Below, piece after piece: positions 17,376-26,900 of a DNA stretch of 64,000 nt; the stretch's first letter is position 1; each line of letters begins with the position of its first letter. The position numbers and the translations under genes were made by a program. The stretch lies in NCBI GenBank assembly GCA_015061665.1, contig SUWC01000005.1, positions 10,652-74,651 on the forward strand, written 5' to 3'. A model generated the notes under the pieces. It searched no databases and was not told the origin of the DNA. It worked only from the letters and a program-made list of their open reading frames with translations. Source of the DNA: Lentisphaerota bacterium. Lineage in GTDB: Bacteria > Verrucomicrobiota > Kiritimatiellia > RFP12 > UBA1067.

Positions 17376-17876
17376 TCACCCGGCCGCGTGTATCCTGTCG
17401 TTCGCCGCCGAGACCTTGGCTCGCAGCTCGGCCTTGTGCGCGCGGAACTTCTCCCGAAGCGACGCGTCAGCCGTGCCAAGGATCTGGACCGCCAGCAGCG
17501 CCGCGTTGGCCGGGCCTGCGGACCCGACCGCGACTGTCGCGACAGGTACGCCGGACGGCATCTGGACAGTCGCATAGAGCGCGTCGAGCCCGTTCAGCGC
17601 GCCGCCCGCCACGGGAATGCCTATAACGGGCAGAACCGTCCCCGCCGCAAGAACGCCGCCAAGATGCGCAGCCCCGCCGGCGGCGGCAATGATTACCTTG
17701 AGTCCGCGCGACTCGGCGGACGAAGAGTACTCCAGCGCGACGTCCGGCGTGCGGTGCGCGGATATGACGCGCGTCTCGTACGCGACGCCGAACTTGTCGA
17801 GAGTCTCGCATGCCTTCTTCACGAGGGGCCAGTCGCTGTCGCTGCCCATTACGATTCCAACTAGAGGTTCGGACAT
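17376..17876 (-). CDS. purE: N5-carboxyaminoimidazole ribonucleotide mutase
   Basis: [18 protein letters not shown] and [12 protein letters not shown] are present. The start was trimmed to MSEPLVG, which has a GGAAG SD. Confidence 0.9.
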   Translation of the reverse strand: MSEPLVGIVMGSDSDWPLVKKACETLDKFGVAYETRVISAHRTPDVALEYSSSAESRGLKVIIAAAGGAAHLGGVLAAGTVLPVIGIPVAGGALNGLDALYATVQMPSGVPVATVAVGSAGPANAALLAVQILGTADASLREKFRAHKAELRAKVSAANDRIHAAG

Positions 17877-17947
17877 TTCTGTGCTTCCATTGAGTTTTTG
17901 CATTCTGTGGCGGACCAACCTTTGCGCGGAACGCCTTTCTTAAAGAT

Positions 17948-17961
17948 ATTATATCAAAAAA
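17948..17961 (-). promoter_or_regulatory. Extended -10 promoter for purE
   Basis: The minus strand reads TTTTTTGATATAAT, the same 14-mer as at 20987-21000. It lies 71 nt upstream of ATG 17876. Confidence 0.6.
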
Positions 17962-18035
17962 CACAGCGCCTGCGTCGCAATGGACCCGGATGGAGAGCCG
18001 GTGCAAAGGCCGGCCCTCCACCTATGGGTGCCACG

Positions 18036-18956
18036 TCAGCCTATGAGCTTTGCAGGGTACTCGCCTGCATCGACGAGCTTCTTGATCTCGGCCATCACGT
18101 ACGGCTTGTCTTCGCGGTATGTGACGCCGAACCAGCTGGACTCGGTCGGCAGGACCTTGCAGTCCGCCTTGCCTTCCTTGATCAGCTCGTCCACAACGAA
18201 CGGAATGTACCACTCGCTCTTCTCCTTGCCGCCGTTGACCGCGAGCCACTTCGGGAAGCGCTCCTCGAGTTCGGCGAAGAGGTCTGGCGTGAATCCCCAG
18301 AGGTTCATGGATACGCGTGCATCCAGAGGGACCTTCACGGGATTTGCCTCGTCCTCGCGGTTCTCCGCGACGTCGCCGGCCTTTACGAGCTTCGTCATCT
18401 CGACGACGCCGTTCAGCGCGCCGTCCGCACCGACCTGGCATACGCCACGGGCCACCGAGCCGTTCTCGGACAGAGTCAGCTCCAGCTTGTAGCCGACCAT
18501 GGCGAAGTGCATGGGCTTGGTGCCTGGCTCGGAGGCGGAGAGGAACTTCGCCAGCTTCTCGAAGGCGTCGCGTCCGTAGAAGTCGTCGGCGTTGATGACG
18601 GCGAACGGCTCCTTGACGACGGTTCTGGCCGCGCGCGTCGCGTGTCCCGTGCCCCACGGCTTGGTCCGCCCTTCCGGAACCTTGTACGGCGCAGGCAGGT
18701 CGTTGATGTCCTGATAGCAGTAGTCGACGGGAACGAGCCCCTCGTACTTGCTGCCGACCTTGGACTTGAACTCGTCCTCGAAGTCGCGGCGTATGATGAA
18801 GACGACCTTTCCGAACCCGGCGCGCACGGCGTCGAACACCGAATAGTCGAGGATCGCCTCGCCCGAAGGCCCAACGGGATCCACCTGCTTCAGGCCGCCG
18901 TAGCGCGAACCCATTCCTGCCGCCAGTACGACCAGCGTCGGCTTTACGTTAGCCAT
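18036..18956 (-). CDS. Sugar-phosphate nucleotidyltransferase family protein (substrate unknown)
   Basis: The N-terminal block LVVLAAGMGSRYGGLKQ is an NTP-transferase motif. The product is 306 aa. Confidence 0.6.
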   Translation of the reverse strand: MANVKPTLVVLAAGMGSRYGGLKQVDPVGPSGEAILDYSVFDAVRAGFGKVVFIIRRDFEDEFKSKVGSKYEGLVPVDYCYQDINDLPAPYKVPEGRTKPWGTGHATRAARTVVKEPFAVINADDFYGRDAFEKLAKFLSASEPGTKPMHFAMVGYKLELTLSENGSVARGVCQVGADGALNGVVEMTKLVKAGDVAENREDEANPVKVPLDARVSMNLWGFTPDLFAELEERFPKWLAVNGGKEKSEWYIPFVVDELIKEGKADCKVLPTESSWFGVTYREDKPYVMAEIKKLVDAGEYPAKLIG

Positions 18957-18990
18957 TGATTCTCTCCTTCTTTTGTTGTTTTCGTTTCAA

Positions 18991-20100
18991 CTACGCGTAG
19001 AGATTTACGCGCGTCTTGATGTAGGAATCCTGTCCGTCAATCCAGTTCTGGAACAACACGCTGAGGTCGCCGCTCTTGAGCGTGTCGCGGATCTCGGTCG
19101 AGCCGAACAGCTTGTCCAGCCACTCGGGGCGCGCGCCGACCATCATCTGGGTGGCGTGGCGCTGCACCAGCGCGGTGAAGACGAGCACGCCCGCGGTAAC
19201 GGGGTAGTACGCGCGCGGACGCGACACAGAGAACAGGATGCCGTTGAGGTTGAAGCCCTTGTACTTGCCGCCCTGCGGGATGTAGCGGTACGGACGCATC
19301 CCCACGCCGCATGCGTCAAGGCCTGGCTCGAGGTCCTTCATCAGCCTGCGCGAGTCGAGCCACGGGGCTCCGATGATGCGGAACGACAGCGCGCCGTCGC
19401 GGTCGCAGTCGAGAGCGGGGTACGCCTCCGTGAAGACGGTCATCGGATAGCAGACCGCGGAATCCCAGCTGCGGATGGCGGGGCTCGGAGGCAGGAAGTT
19501 GGGCCACGGGTCGTGCTTGGAATGGTCCCAGTCGTTCAGCCTGATCACCGTGAGGTCGAGGTCAAGCCCCTCGGCGATCTTTATCCACGTGGCGCATTCG
19601 CCAGGCGTCATGCCGTGGCAGAACGGAACGTTGAGTGGCGCGACAAAGCTCGCGTACTCGGGCCTGCGCATTGGTCCGTCAAGGATGTTGCCCATCGGAA
19701 CCGGCCTGTCGAGCACCGTGACGGCGACGCCGTACTCGGCGCACGCCTCCAGCGTGTTCTTGAGCGTCGCGAGGTACGTGTAGCACCTGACGCCGATGTC
19801 GCAGAGGTCTATGACCATGCGCTTGATGCCCTGCAGCATCATCCCGGTCGGCCTGCGCGTCTCGCCATAGAGCGAGTGGATCGGCCGGTCCCAGAACGGA
19901 TGCCAGGCGTTCGCCGTCGTCTCGCCGGCCCCGGCAAGGCCGAAGAACCCGTGCTCCGCGGAATACAGCGCCTTGAGGCGATCCGGAAACACCTTCATCA
20001 ACCGCTTCGTAGTCGACGTGGCCTGCATCGTCAGCAGGCCGAACGGCTCGTCCGTTGTGGACAGGGAGGCAAACAGCCCATCATAGTTGATCATTCCCAT
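18991..20100 (-). CDS. DUF1343 / NamZ-like exo-beta-N-acetylmuramidase family protein
   Basis: SAEHGFFG, IHSLYGETRRPT, DIGVRCYTYLATL, VLDRPVPMG and HGMTPGE match the DUF1343 consensus as I recall it. The start was trimmed to ATG 20100, which follows an AAGGAG SD and lies downstream of the nnrD stop. Confidence 0.6.
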   Translation of the reverse strand: MGMINYDGLFASLSTTDEPFGLLTMQATSTTKRLMKVFPDRLKALYSAEHGFFGLAGAGETTANAWHPFWDRPIHSLYGETRRPTGMMLQGIKRMVIDLCDIGVRCYTYLATLKNTLEACAEYGVAVTVLDRPVPMGNILDGPMRRPEYASFVAPLNVPFCHGMTPGECATWIKIAEGLDLDLTVIRLNDWDHSKHDPWPNFLPPSPAIRSWDSAVCYPMTVFTEAYPALDCDRDGALSFRIIGAPWLDSRRLMKDLEPGLDACGVGMRPYRYIPQGGKYKGFNLNGILFSVSRPRAYYPVTAGVLVFTALVQRHATQMMVGARPEWLDKLFGSTEIRDTLKSGDLSVLFQNWIDGQDSYIKTRVNLYA

Positions 20101-20131
20101 TTGGTTTTTCTCCTTGTTGCAACTGCAAAGT

Positions 20132-20980
20132 TCATGCGTTCCCTCCGCGCTCAAGGCGGACCCTCAGCGACCCGATGGCCGCAGCGGTGTTGACTATGGA
20201 AGGATCGCCGCCCGACTCGACGAGCATGTCGCTCGCCGCCCCGTGCAGCCATACGGCGCTCGTCGCCGCGGCGAAGGCGTCGTCCCTGAGATACGCCCAG
20301 CGCGCGCCTATCGCCCCCGACAGCAGGTCGCCCATGCCGCCGAGCGCCATGAAGGGATTGCCCGTGTCGTTTTCGAAGACGCGCTCGCCGTCTGGCGACG
20401 ACACGAGGGTGCGCGGACCCTTCAGCACGACGGTCGCATGGTAGATATCCGCGATCTTGCGCACCGCCCACGGCCTGTCGGCCGCCACCTGCGACCTGTC
20501 CACGCCGAGAAGCCGAGCCGCCTCGCCTTCGTGCGGCGTGAGGACAATCTCGCGCTCCGGATCGGGGACAAAGCCGCCGAGACGCTCCCCCCACTCCGCA
20601 AGTAGGAAAAGAGCGTCCGCATCCAGCACAAGCCTTTCTATGCGGCCCTGCAGGATATGCGCAAACACCGCCTCGCTTTCCTCCGAACGGCCAAGGCCCA
20701 TGCCCACGACGACAACGTCCGCCTTCGGAATGGCCGTGCGCGCGGACAGTTCCGCAAACGTCGCCTCCGGCAGCAGCGCACCGGCGCAGCAGCGCGACGC
20801 ATCGGGGACGACAAGCCTCACAAGCCCCGCGCCTGCCGCGCGCGCACCTAGCCCAGCCATCACAGGCGCATTGGGATAGCTCGCGCAGCCGCCAACGACG
20901 GCCACCGTCCCGACAGAGTACTTGTGTGACTCCGCGGGCCTTGCAGGAAATGCGCACTTTATGGATTGAGGCGGTTTCAT
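20132..20980 (-). CDS. nnrD: ADP-dependent NAD(P)H-hydrate dehydratase (YjeF C-terminal type)
   Basis: HKYSVGTVAVVGGC, VVGMGLG and GGMGDLLSGAIGA are present. Confidence 0.8.
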   Translation of the reverse strand: MKPPQSIKCAFPARPAESHKYSVGTVAVVGGCASYPNAPVMAGLGARAAGAGLVRLVVPDASRCCAGALLPEATFAELSARTAIPKADVVVVGMGLGRSEESEAVFAHILQGRIERLVLDADALFLLAEWGERLGGFVPDPEREIVLTPHEGEAARLLGVDRSQVAADRPWAVRKIADIYHATVVLKGPRTLVSSPDGERVFENDTGNPFMALGGMGDLLSGAIGARWAYLRDDAFAAATSAVWLHGAASDMLVESGGDPSIVNTAAAIGSLRVRLERGGNA

Positions 20981-20986
20981 GACACT

Positions 20987-21000
20987 ATTATATCAAAAAA
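20987..21000 (-). promoter_or_regulatory. Extended -10 promoter for nnrD (leaderless geometry)
   Basis: The minus strand reads TTTTTTGATATAAT. The hexamer ends 6 nt before ATG 20980. Confidence 0.65.
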
Positions 21001-21055
21001 GTCGTGTTTAAGTAGCACTATCAGTCAAATTTTCGGTTTTAGCCATTCGGACTGC

Positions 21056-21069
21056 TTTTTTGGTATAAT
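21056..21069 (+). promoter_or_regulatory. Extended -10 promoter for purA-uppS-cdsA-capD
   Basis: The plus strand reads TTTTTTGGTATAAT. A 53-nt stretch containing an AAGGAAGG SD separates it from ATG 21123. Confidence 0.65.
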
Positions 21070-21122
21070 AATAGTCTGAATGGCAATCAAGCACCTCTAG
21101 AAAAGGAAGGTCTAGACATACA

Positions 21123-22400
21123 ATGAACACGGTTCTCGTGGGCGCCCAGTGGGGCGATGAAGGCAAGGGCAAGGTTATCGATTTCCTCACCGAGGAGTCG
21201 GATGTCGTGGTTCGCTTCCAGGGCGGATCCAACGCCGGTCACACGGTCGTCGTCGGCGACAAGAAGTACGTTCTCCACCTTGTTCCAAGCGGAATCCTCC
21301 ATGACGGCAAGCACTGCGTCATCGGCAACGGCGTGGTGATGGACCCCTTCGACCTCATGCGCGAACTCGAGCAGGTCGAAAGCTGGGGCTTCGAGCTGAA
21401 GGGGCGCTTCCACATATCGGAACGCGCCCAGATGGTAATGCAGTGGCACCGCGCACTCGACAAAGCCGAGGAGGCCGCGCGGCCCGACGGCAAGAAGATT
21501 GGCACGACGGGTCGCGGAATCGGTCCGGCGTACGCCGCAAAGGTTGGCCGCTACGGCATGCGCGTGGGCGACATCCTCAAGCCCGACTTCACGGACCTCG
21601 TCCGCGATCAGGTCGAGGACGCGAACCGCAAGCTCGTCGCGCTCGGCGCGCAGCCCCTTGACGCGGACGAGATGGTCCGCCTCTACACGCCAATGGTCGC
21701 GGCGCTCATGCCGTACGTCACCGACACCATACAGTTCCTCCACGAGAAGCTCGAGTCGAAGAAGTCCATCCTTTTCGAAGGCGCCCAGGCGACGATGCTC
21801 GACATCGACTTCGGCACCTACCCCTTCGTGACGAGCTCCAACCCGACGGCAGGCGGCGCCTGCACCGGCTCCGGCGTCTCCCCGCGCGCCATCGACCGCG
21901 TCATCGGCGTCGTCAAGCTCTACACGACCCGCGTCGGCGAGGGCCCGTTCCCAACAGAGCTCTTCGACGCCGACGGCGAGACGCTCCGCACGCGCGGAGG
22001 CGAGTTCGGCGCCACGACGGGACGCCCGCGCCGCTGCGGATGGTTCGACGCAGTCGTCGCCCGCTATGCGCAGCGCGTCAACGGCGTCGATTTCTGGGCC
22101 ATGACGAAGCTCGACGTGCTAGACACGTTCCCCGTCGTCAAGATCTGCACCGGCTACCGCCGCGACGACGGTTTCGTCTACACGACCTTCCCCGCGGACC
22201 TCGCGGCCCTCAAGCGCTGCACGCCTGTCTACGAGGAAATGCCTGGCTGGCAGTGCGAGACCTCGCACATCACGAGCTACGACGCGCTCCCCGCCAACGC
22301 CAAGGCGTACATCGCCCGCATCCTCGAGCTCATCGGCGGCAAGCTCGGAGTCCTCTCCGTCGGCCCCGCGCGCGAAACAACGCTCAGGATCAACGTCTGA
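21123..22400 (+). CDS. purA: Adenylosuccinate synthase
   Basis: GAQWGDEGKGK and GTTGRGIGPAY are present. The 425-aa product follows an AAGGAAGG SD. Confidence 0.95.
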   Translation: MNTVLVGAQWGDEGKGKVIDFLTEESDVVVRFQGGSNAGHTVVVGDKKYVLHLVPSGILHDGKHCVIGNGVVMDPFDLMRELEQVESWGFELKGRFHISERAQMVMQWHRALDKAEEAARPDGKKIGTTGRGIGPAYAAKVGRYGMRVGDILKPDFTDLVRDQVEDANRKLVALGAQPLDADEMVRLYTPMVAALMPYVTDTIQFLHEKLESKKSILFEGAQATMLDIDFGTYPFVTSSNPTAGGACTGSGVSPRAIDRVIGVVKLYTTRVGEGPFPTELFDADGETLRTRGGEFGATTGRPRRCGWFDAVVARYAQRVNGVDFWAMTKLDVLDTFPVVKICTGYRRDDGFVYTTFPADLAALKRCTPVYEEMPGWQCETSHITSYDALPANAKAYIARILELIGGKLGVLSVGPARETTLRINV

Positions 22401-22402
22401 CC

Positions 22403-23068
22403 ATGAGCGCGCCTCGCCATGTGGCCGTGATAATGGACGGCAACGGACGGTGGGCCAAGGCCAAGGGGCTCCCCCGCCTTATGGGCCACCGCGCCGGAGC
22501 CGATGCGCTGGACCGCGTGATGCACTACTGCCGCGACGCCGGCGTGGAGTTCCTCACGGTCTACGCGTTCTCCACCGAAAACTGGAAGCGCTCGACGGAG
22601 GAGGTCTCGGGCCTCATGAAGCTCCTGTCGTCCTTCATCCACAAGAAGGAGAAGGAACTCGTCGGCAACGGCATCAGGTTCCGCGTCATAGGCCGCAGAA
22701 CCGACCTTTCGGAAAAGCTCCAGAAGGAGATCGCCGCGCTAGAGAAGAAGACCGCAGGCGGCAGCTTCACCCTCGTCGTCGCGCTTTCCTACGGCGGACG
22801 CGACGAAATCCTGCGCGCAGCGGCAAAGTTCCAGGGCGGAACGGAAGAAGACTTCTCCGCCCTTCTCGACACCGCCGGAATCCCCGACCCAGACCTGATC
22901 GTACGCACAAGCGGGGAGCTGCGCCTTTCGAACTTCCTGCTGTGGCAGGCCGCATACGCCGAGTTCTATTTCACCGACGTCCTCTGGCCCGACTTCGGGC
23001 GCGAGGAGTTCGACAAGGCCCTTGCCTCGTTCGCGAAGCGCGAACGCAGGATGGGAGGAAGAAAGTGA
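22403..23068 (+). CDS. uppS: Isoprenyl transferase (undecaprenyl-diphosphate synthase)
   Basis: HVAVIMDGNGRWA and RTSGELRLSNFLLWQAAYAEFYF are present. The start was trimmed to ATG 22403, because the longer ORF overlaps purA. Confidence 0.9.
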   Translation: MSAPRHVAVIMDGNGRWAKAKGLPRLMGHRAGADALDRVMHYCRDAGVEFLTVYAFSTENWKRSTEEVSGLMKLLSSFIHKKEKELVGNGIRFRVIGRRTDLSEKLQKEIAALEKKTAGGSFTLVVALSYGGRDEILRAAAKFQGGTEEDFSALLDTAGIPDPDLIVRTSGELRLSNFLLWQAAYAEFYFTDVLWPDFGREEFDKALASFAKRERRMGGRK

Positions 23069-23090
23069 TTTCAGGAAAGAGGGAGACGAC

Positions 23091-23885
23091 ATGAAGATAT
23101 TCAAGAGAGTGGCAACCGCGCTTACTACTGCCGGACTCATCATCGGCGCGCTTCTCGCGCTGAGGTTCTGCTGCGAGCCTACGACGGCCATGAAGGTGCT
23201 GAAGCCCGTCGTCATCCTGATGGCGTTCCTCGTCCACCTCGAGTTCAGCCAGATGGTGTCCAAGAAGTATCCGATCATGGTCTGGCCGGGCGTCATCGCC
23301 GGCGTCGTCTACATGGCGTCGTGCTTCTACGGGCTCACCACCTGCATCAACGAAATCGTCTTCGTCCTCGCGCTCTGCGCGCTGTTCGGCAGGTCGGATC
23401 GTCCGGTGGCCGCGTTCGCCACGACCGTCCTCGGACTCGTCTACATCCCGTGGATGCTCAAGTACCTCGTGATGATCCCGTGCGTCGCGCGTCCGCCGGA
23501 CCTCATGTGGCTCTTCTACGTCGTCGCCATCATAAAGATATCCGACATGGGAGGCTTCGCATTCGGCGTCGCCTTCGGAAAGCACAAGATGTGCCCCTCG
23601 ATCTCCCCCAACAAGTCGTGGGAGGGGATGGCCGGTTCGATCTTCGCCTCGTGCCTCATCTCTTGGGCGTTCACCGCCTTCACGGGCTTCCCGCTCTGGA
23701 AGTCGCTCGCGTTCGGCGCTGCCGCTGCCGTAGTCGGCACGCTGGGCGACCTCGTGGAAAGCCGCATAAAGCGCGAATGCGGCGTCAAGGACTCCGCGAC
23801 TTTCATGCCGGCGGGCATGGGCGGGTTCCTTGACATGTTCGACTCCCTCCTCTTCGCGCCAGCGCTGCTCTTCCCGTTCCTATGA
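23091..23885 (+). CDS. cdsA: Phosphatidate cytidylyltransferase
   Basis: This is a polytopic membrane protein carrying SDMGGFAFGVAFGKHKM and SRIKRECGVKD...GGFLDMFDS. That signature diverges from the usual GHGG..DR.DS. The start was trimmed to MKIFKRV. Confidence 0.75.
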   Translation: MKIFKRVATALTTAGLIIGALLALRFCCEPTTAMKVLKPVVILMAFLVHLEFSQMVSKKYPIMVWPGVIAGVVYMASCFYGLTTCINEIVFVLALCALFGRSDRPVAAFATTVLGLVYIPWMLKYLVMIPCVARPPDLMWLFYVVAIIKISDMGGFAFGVAFGKHKMCPSISPNKSWEGMAGSIFASCLISWAFTAFTGFPLWKSLAFGAAAAVVGTLGDLVESRIKRECGVKDSATFMPAGMGGFLDMFDSLLFAPALLFPFL

Positions 23886-25252
23886 CGCGGACTGGCAAAG
23901 CCTGGGTTCTCTTCATGGCGACGCGCGTCTGCGGACTCGCCACGGACTCCGCAACCATCGCGCTCGCCTACTTCTCGGCGTTCGCCCTCCGCTTCGACTT
24001 CGTCGAGCCGTCGTGGGGCTGGCGCCGGGTCGCTATCTCATTCATAACGGTCTGGGCCGTCCACATCGCCTCGCTCATGGCCTGCGGATGCTACCGCCTG
24101 GCGTGGAGGCGCGTCAAGGCAGCGGACCTTCCGCGCTACATCGGCGCAATGGCGCTCGCCTGCGTCGTCCTTACGGCAATGCGCTTCATGATGCCTAGCA
24201 TGGCCCTCGTCCACATACGTCCGCCCTACTCGATTACCGTCATCTGCTTCTTCCTCTCCACGATCGGCGTTCTGGGCACGCGCTTCCTTTGGCGAGTCTA
24301 CTGCAGTTCGCGCCAAAGCGATACCGAGCTTCTCGAGCGCGCCGAACGCCGCTTCGACAACACCGTGGCAGCCAGGTTCCTCGCAGGAAAGACTGTAATG
24401 GTCACAGGCGCAGGCGGCACAATAGGAAGCGAGATCACGCGCCAGGTCGCCGAAGCAGGCGCGGCAAAGATACTCATGGTCGAGAGAGGCGAGAACGCGC
24501 TTTACGAAATCGACCGCGAGATGAAGCGCGGCAAAACCGCCGCGAAAATGCTCCCTCTCATGATCGACGCAGGCGACCGCGAGCGCATGGAGTCCGTGTT
24601 CCGCGAACACCATCCCGAAGTCGTCCTTCACGCAGCCGCCTACAAGCACGTCCCGATGGTTGAGCTGAATCCCGACGAAGGATGGCGCAACAACGTCGAG
24701 GCGACGCGTACGCTTGCCACGCTCTCGAAGGAGCACGGCGTCAGGAGGTTCGTGCTGATTTCCACGGACAAGGCGGTCAACCCGGTCTCGGTCATGGGCA
24801 AGACGAAGCGAGAAGCCGAGAAAATCGTAATTTCGCTTAACACCTCACCAAACTCCCATACTTCCTTCTGCGCCGTGCGCTTCGGCAACGTGTTCGGTTC
24901 CTCAGGCTCGGTCGTCCCGCTTTTCCGCGAGCAGATAAGGATGGGCGGACCCGTCACCGTGACGCATCCCGACATGAAGCGCTACTTCATGACAGTTGCC
25001 GAGGCCGTCTCGCTGGTCCTCCAGGCCGCCTCGCGCGAAGAGCGAGCAATCTACACGCTCGACATGGGCGAGCCCGTCAAGATCGTCGACCTGGCGGAAG
25101 GCATGATCGAAAAGGCGGGGTTCCGCCCATACGTCGACATCCCGATCGTCTTCACCGGCATCCGCCCCGGCGAAAAGCTGTTCGAGGAAATCGACGTCTC
25201 GGAGAAATCCGCCTACCGCACCGACATGGCGAAGATCTACATCACCCGCTAG
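23882..25252 (+). CDS. Membrane-anchored NDP-sugar 4,6-dehydratase/epimerase (CapD / PglF / WbpM family)
   Basis: Four N-terminal TM segments are followed by VMVTGAGGTIGSEI and LHAAAYKHVP, as in Polysacc_synt_2. An ATGA overlap couples it to cdsA. Confidence 0.75.
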   Translation: MTRTGKAWVLFMATRVCGLATDSATIALAYFSAFALRFDFVEPSWGWRRVAISFITVWAVHIASLMACGCYRLAWRRVKAADLPRYIGAMALACVVLTAMRFMMPSMALVHIRPPYSITVICFFLSTIGVLGTRFLWRVYCSSRQSDTELLERAERRFDNTVAARFLAGKTVMVTGAGGTIGSEITRQVAEAGAAKILMVERGENALYEIDREMKRGKTAAKMLPLMIDAGDRERMESVFREHHPEVVLHAAAYKHVPMVELNPDEGWRNNVEATRTLATLSKEHGVRRFVLISTDKAVNPVSVMGKTKREAEKIVISLNTSPNSHTSFCAVRFGNVFGSSGSVVPLFREQIRMGGPVTVTHPDMKRYFMTVAEAVSLVLQAASREERAIYTLDMGEPVKIVDLAEGMIEKAGFRPYVDIPIVFTGIRPGEKLFEEIDVSEKSAYRTDMAKIYITR

Positions 25253-25271
25253 ACGGCCGTCCGCGGACAAA

Positions 25272-25307
25272 GAAAAGCTCCCGTCCTTTGGAAGGAGGGA
25301 GCTTTTC
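25272..25307. terminator. Bidirectional intrinsic terminator between the convergent capD-like and nanA genes
   Basis: GAAAAGCTCCC and GGGAGCTTTTC form an 11-bp stem that extends through inner TCCTT/AAGGA pairs. The A/T tracts give a U-run on either strand. Confidence 0.75.
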
Positions 25308-25335
25308 CAGCAGCCTGACGGCATAAGACCGTCGC

Positions 25336-26232
25336 TTACTTGTAGCCGATCTTCTTGAGGCGCTTGACGCAGTCGGCCTTGGCCTCGTCGGAGAGCGAGA
25401 CGTTGGGAAGGCGTACGCCACCCATGTCGAGTCCCCAGACCGCCATCATCGCCTTGCCGCCGGCGACTCCGCCGTACTGGACGAGGATGTCGACAATGTC
25501 GCAGACCTGCTTCATGCCCTTCTCCACCTTCTTGAGGTCGCCCTTCTTGACGGCGTCCCAGATCTTGTAGTAGATTCCGGCCGAATAGTTGTAGGTCGAG
25601 CCGATCGCGGACTGCGCGCCGAGGGCGACAGCACCGGCGAACCACTCGTCGATTCCCCACGTGATGTCGTACTTGCCGCCGCACGCGCGCAGGCAGCGCT
25701 GGTACATGTAGAGATCGGGATAGTTGAACTTGATGCCAGCGAGGTTCTTGATCTTGCCGTCAGCCTCCTCGAGGAACTTCTGCATGTCGAAGTTGACTCC
25801 GCTCATGGAGGTGTGGTAGTAGTAGAACGGAAGCTTCGTCGAAGTCTTGAGCGCCTCCTTGAGATAGGCGACGAGCGCCTTGACCGAGCCGGGCTTGAAG
25901 AAGTTCGGAGGCACGATGCTCGTCGCGTCCATTCCGCACTTGACGGCATACGCGCCGAGTTCCTGCACATCTGGAAGAGCCAGCGCGCCGATGTGGGCGA
26001 TGAGGAACAGCTTGCCCTTGGCTGCCTTGACCCATTCGTCAAAGACGGCCTTGCGCTCGTCGAGCGAACAGCAGATGCCCTCGCCCGTAGTACCGGAGAT
26101 GTAGACTCCGGTCACCTTCTGCTTGATCAGCGTCTGCGCCTGCTTCGCGATTAGCGCGAGATTTACGGAACCGTCGGCATTGAACGGCGTGTGCGCCGCC
26201 GCGACGAGTCCCTGGAGCTTCTTTATCTTCAT
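25336..26232 (-). CDS. nanA: N-acetylneuraminate lyase (DapA/NanA family, NPL-like)
   Basis: KKLQGLVAAAHTPF, SGTTGEG, LPFYYYH, GIKF (Schiff-base Lys region) and IGSTYNY are present. These resemble the vertebrate/Bacteroides-type lyase more than E. coli NanA, judging from recalled sequences. Confidence 0.75.
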   Translation of the reverse strand: MKIKKLQGLVAAAHTPFNADGSVNLALIAKQAQTLIKQKVTGVYISGTTGEGICCSLDERKAVFDEWVKAAKGKLFLIAHIGALALPDVQELGAYAVKCGMDATSIVPPNFFKPGSVKALVAYLKEALKTSTKLPFYYYHTSMSGVNFDMQKFLEEADGKIKNLAGIKFNYPDLYMYQRCLRACGGKYDITWGIDEWFAGAVALGAQSAIGSTYNYSAGIYYKIWDAVKKGDLKKVEKGMKQVCDIVDILVQYGGVAGGKAMMAVWGLDMGGVRLPNVSLSDEAKADCVKRLKKIGYK

Positions 26233-26303
26233 GGCTTCCTCCGTTTTGGTTTTTGGTTAAGGAATCGGACAACATCAGCCGCCGTTAGCGTCACCGGGCC
26301 GCC

Positions 26304-26900
26304 TCAGACGATGAACCCGGTTACCGCCAGTGCAACACCCCATGCGGCGAAAACGAACCCTACAGCCCTAGCAAGGCCGTCTGTGCGCGTCATGAAGGCG
26401 AGCGCCTTCTCAATGCGCCATGGATAGAACATGCCGTACATGCCGACGACGGCCGCCATGTAGGCGGTCGCGACGAACAGATGGACGGGCGCGAAGCCCG
26501 ACTCAGGCACGAGAAGACGCGTGGTGCGGAACATAAGCGCGGGGAAAAGCATCAGGATCGCCGTAAGCGCGCGTACGGGCAGGTTCTTCGGCATCCAGAT
26601 GACGGTAAGGTACGCCAAGACCGGCGCAAGCATCCAGAAGTGGTCGAACGCAAAGGCAAGCGCGCCTACGACGGGCTTGAACGGGCCCGGCAGTCCGCCA
26701 AGGAACTCGCGGACGATGTTGACGTCGAAGGTCCCGACCTCGTACGAGGTCCATGCCCACGCGAGGATGGTAAGGACGACGGCTGCGGCCTTTGAGTTCT
26801 CGAACCGATTTGTGAACGACCGCCCCTTTGAAGGCGCGAAGGCGTACACCCCGCCGAAGGCGAGGAGCGGCAGCCCCAGCAATATGCCCCAGTATGTCAT
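26304..26900 (-). CDS. Hypothetical integral membrane protein
   Basis: The 198-aa product has about 6 hydrophobic segments. An ATGA overlap couples it to the upstream PPIase gene. Confidence 0.5.
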   Translation of the reverse strand: MTYWGILLGLPLLAFGGVYAFAPSKGRSFTNRFENSKAAAVVLTILAWAWTSYEVGTFDVNIVREFLGGLPGPFKPVVGALAFAFDHFWMLAPVLAYLTVIWMPKNLPVRALTAILMLFPALMFRTTRLLVPESGFAPVHLFVATAYMAAVVGMYGMFYPWRIEKALAFMTRTDGLARAVGFVFAAWGVALAVTGFIV

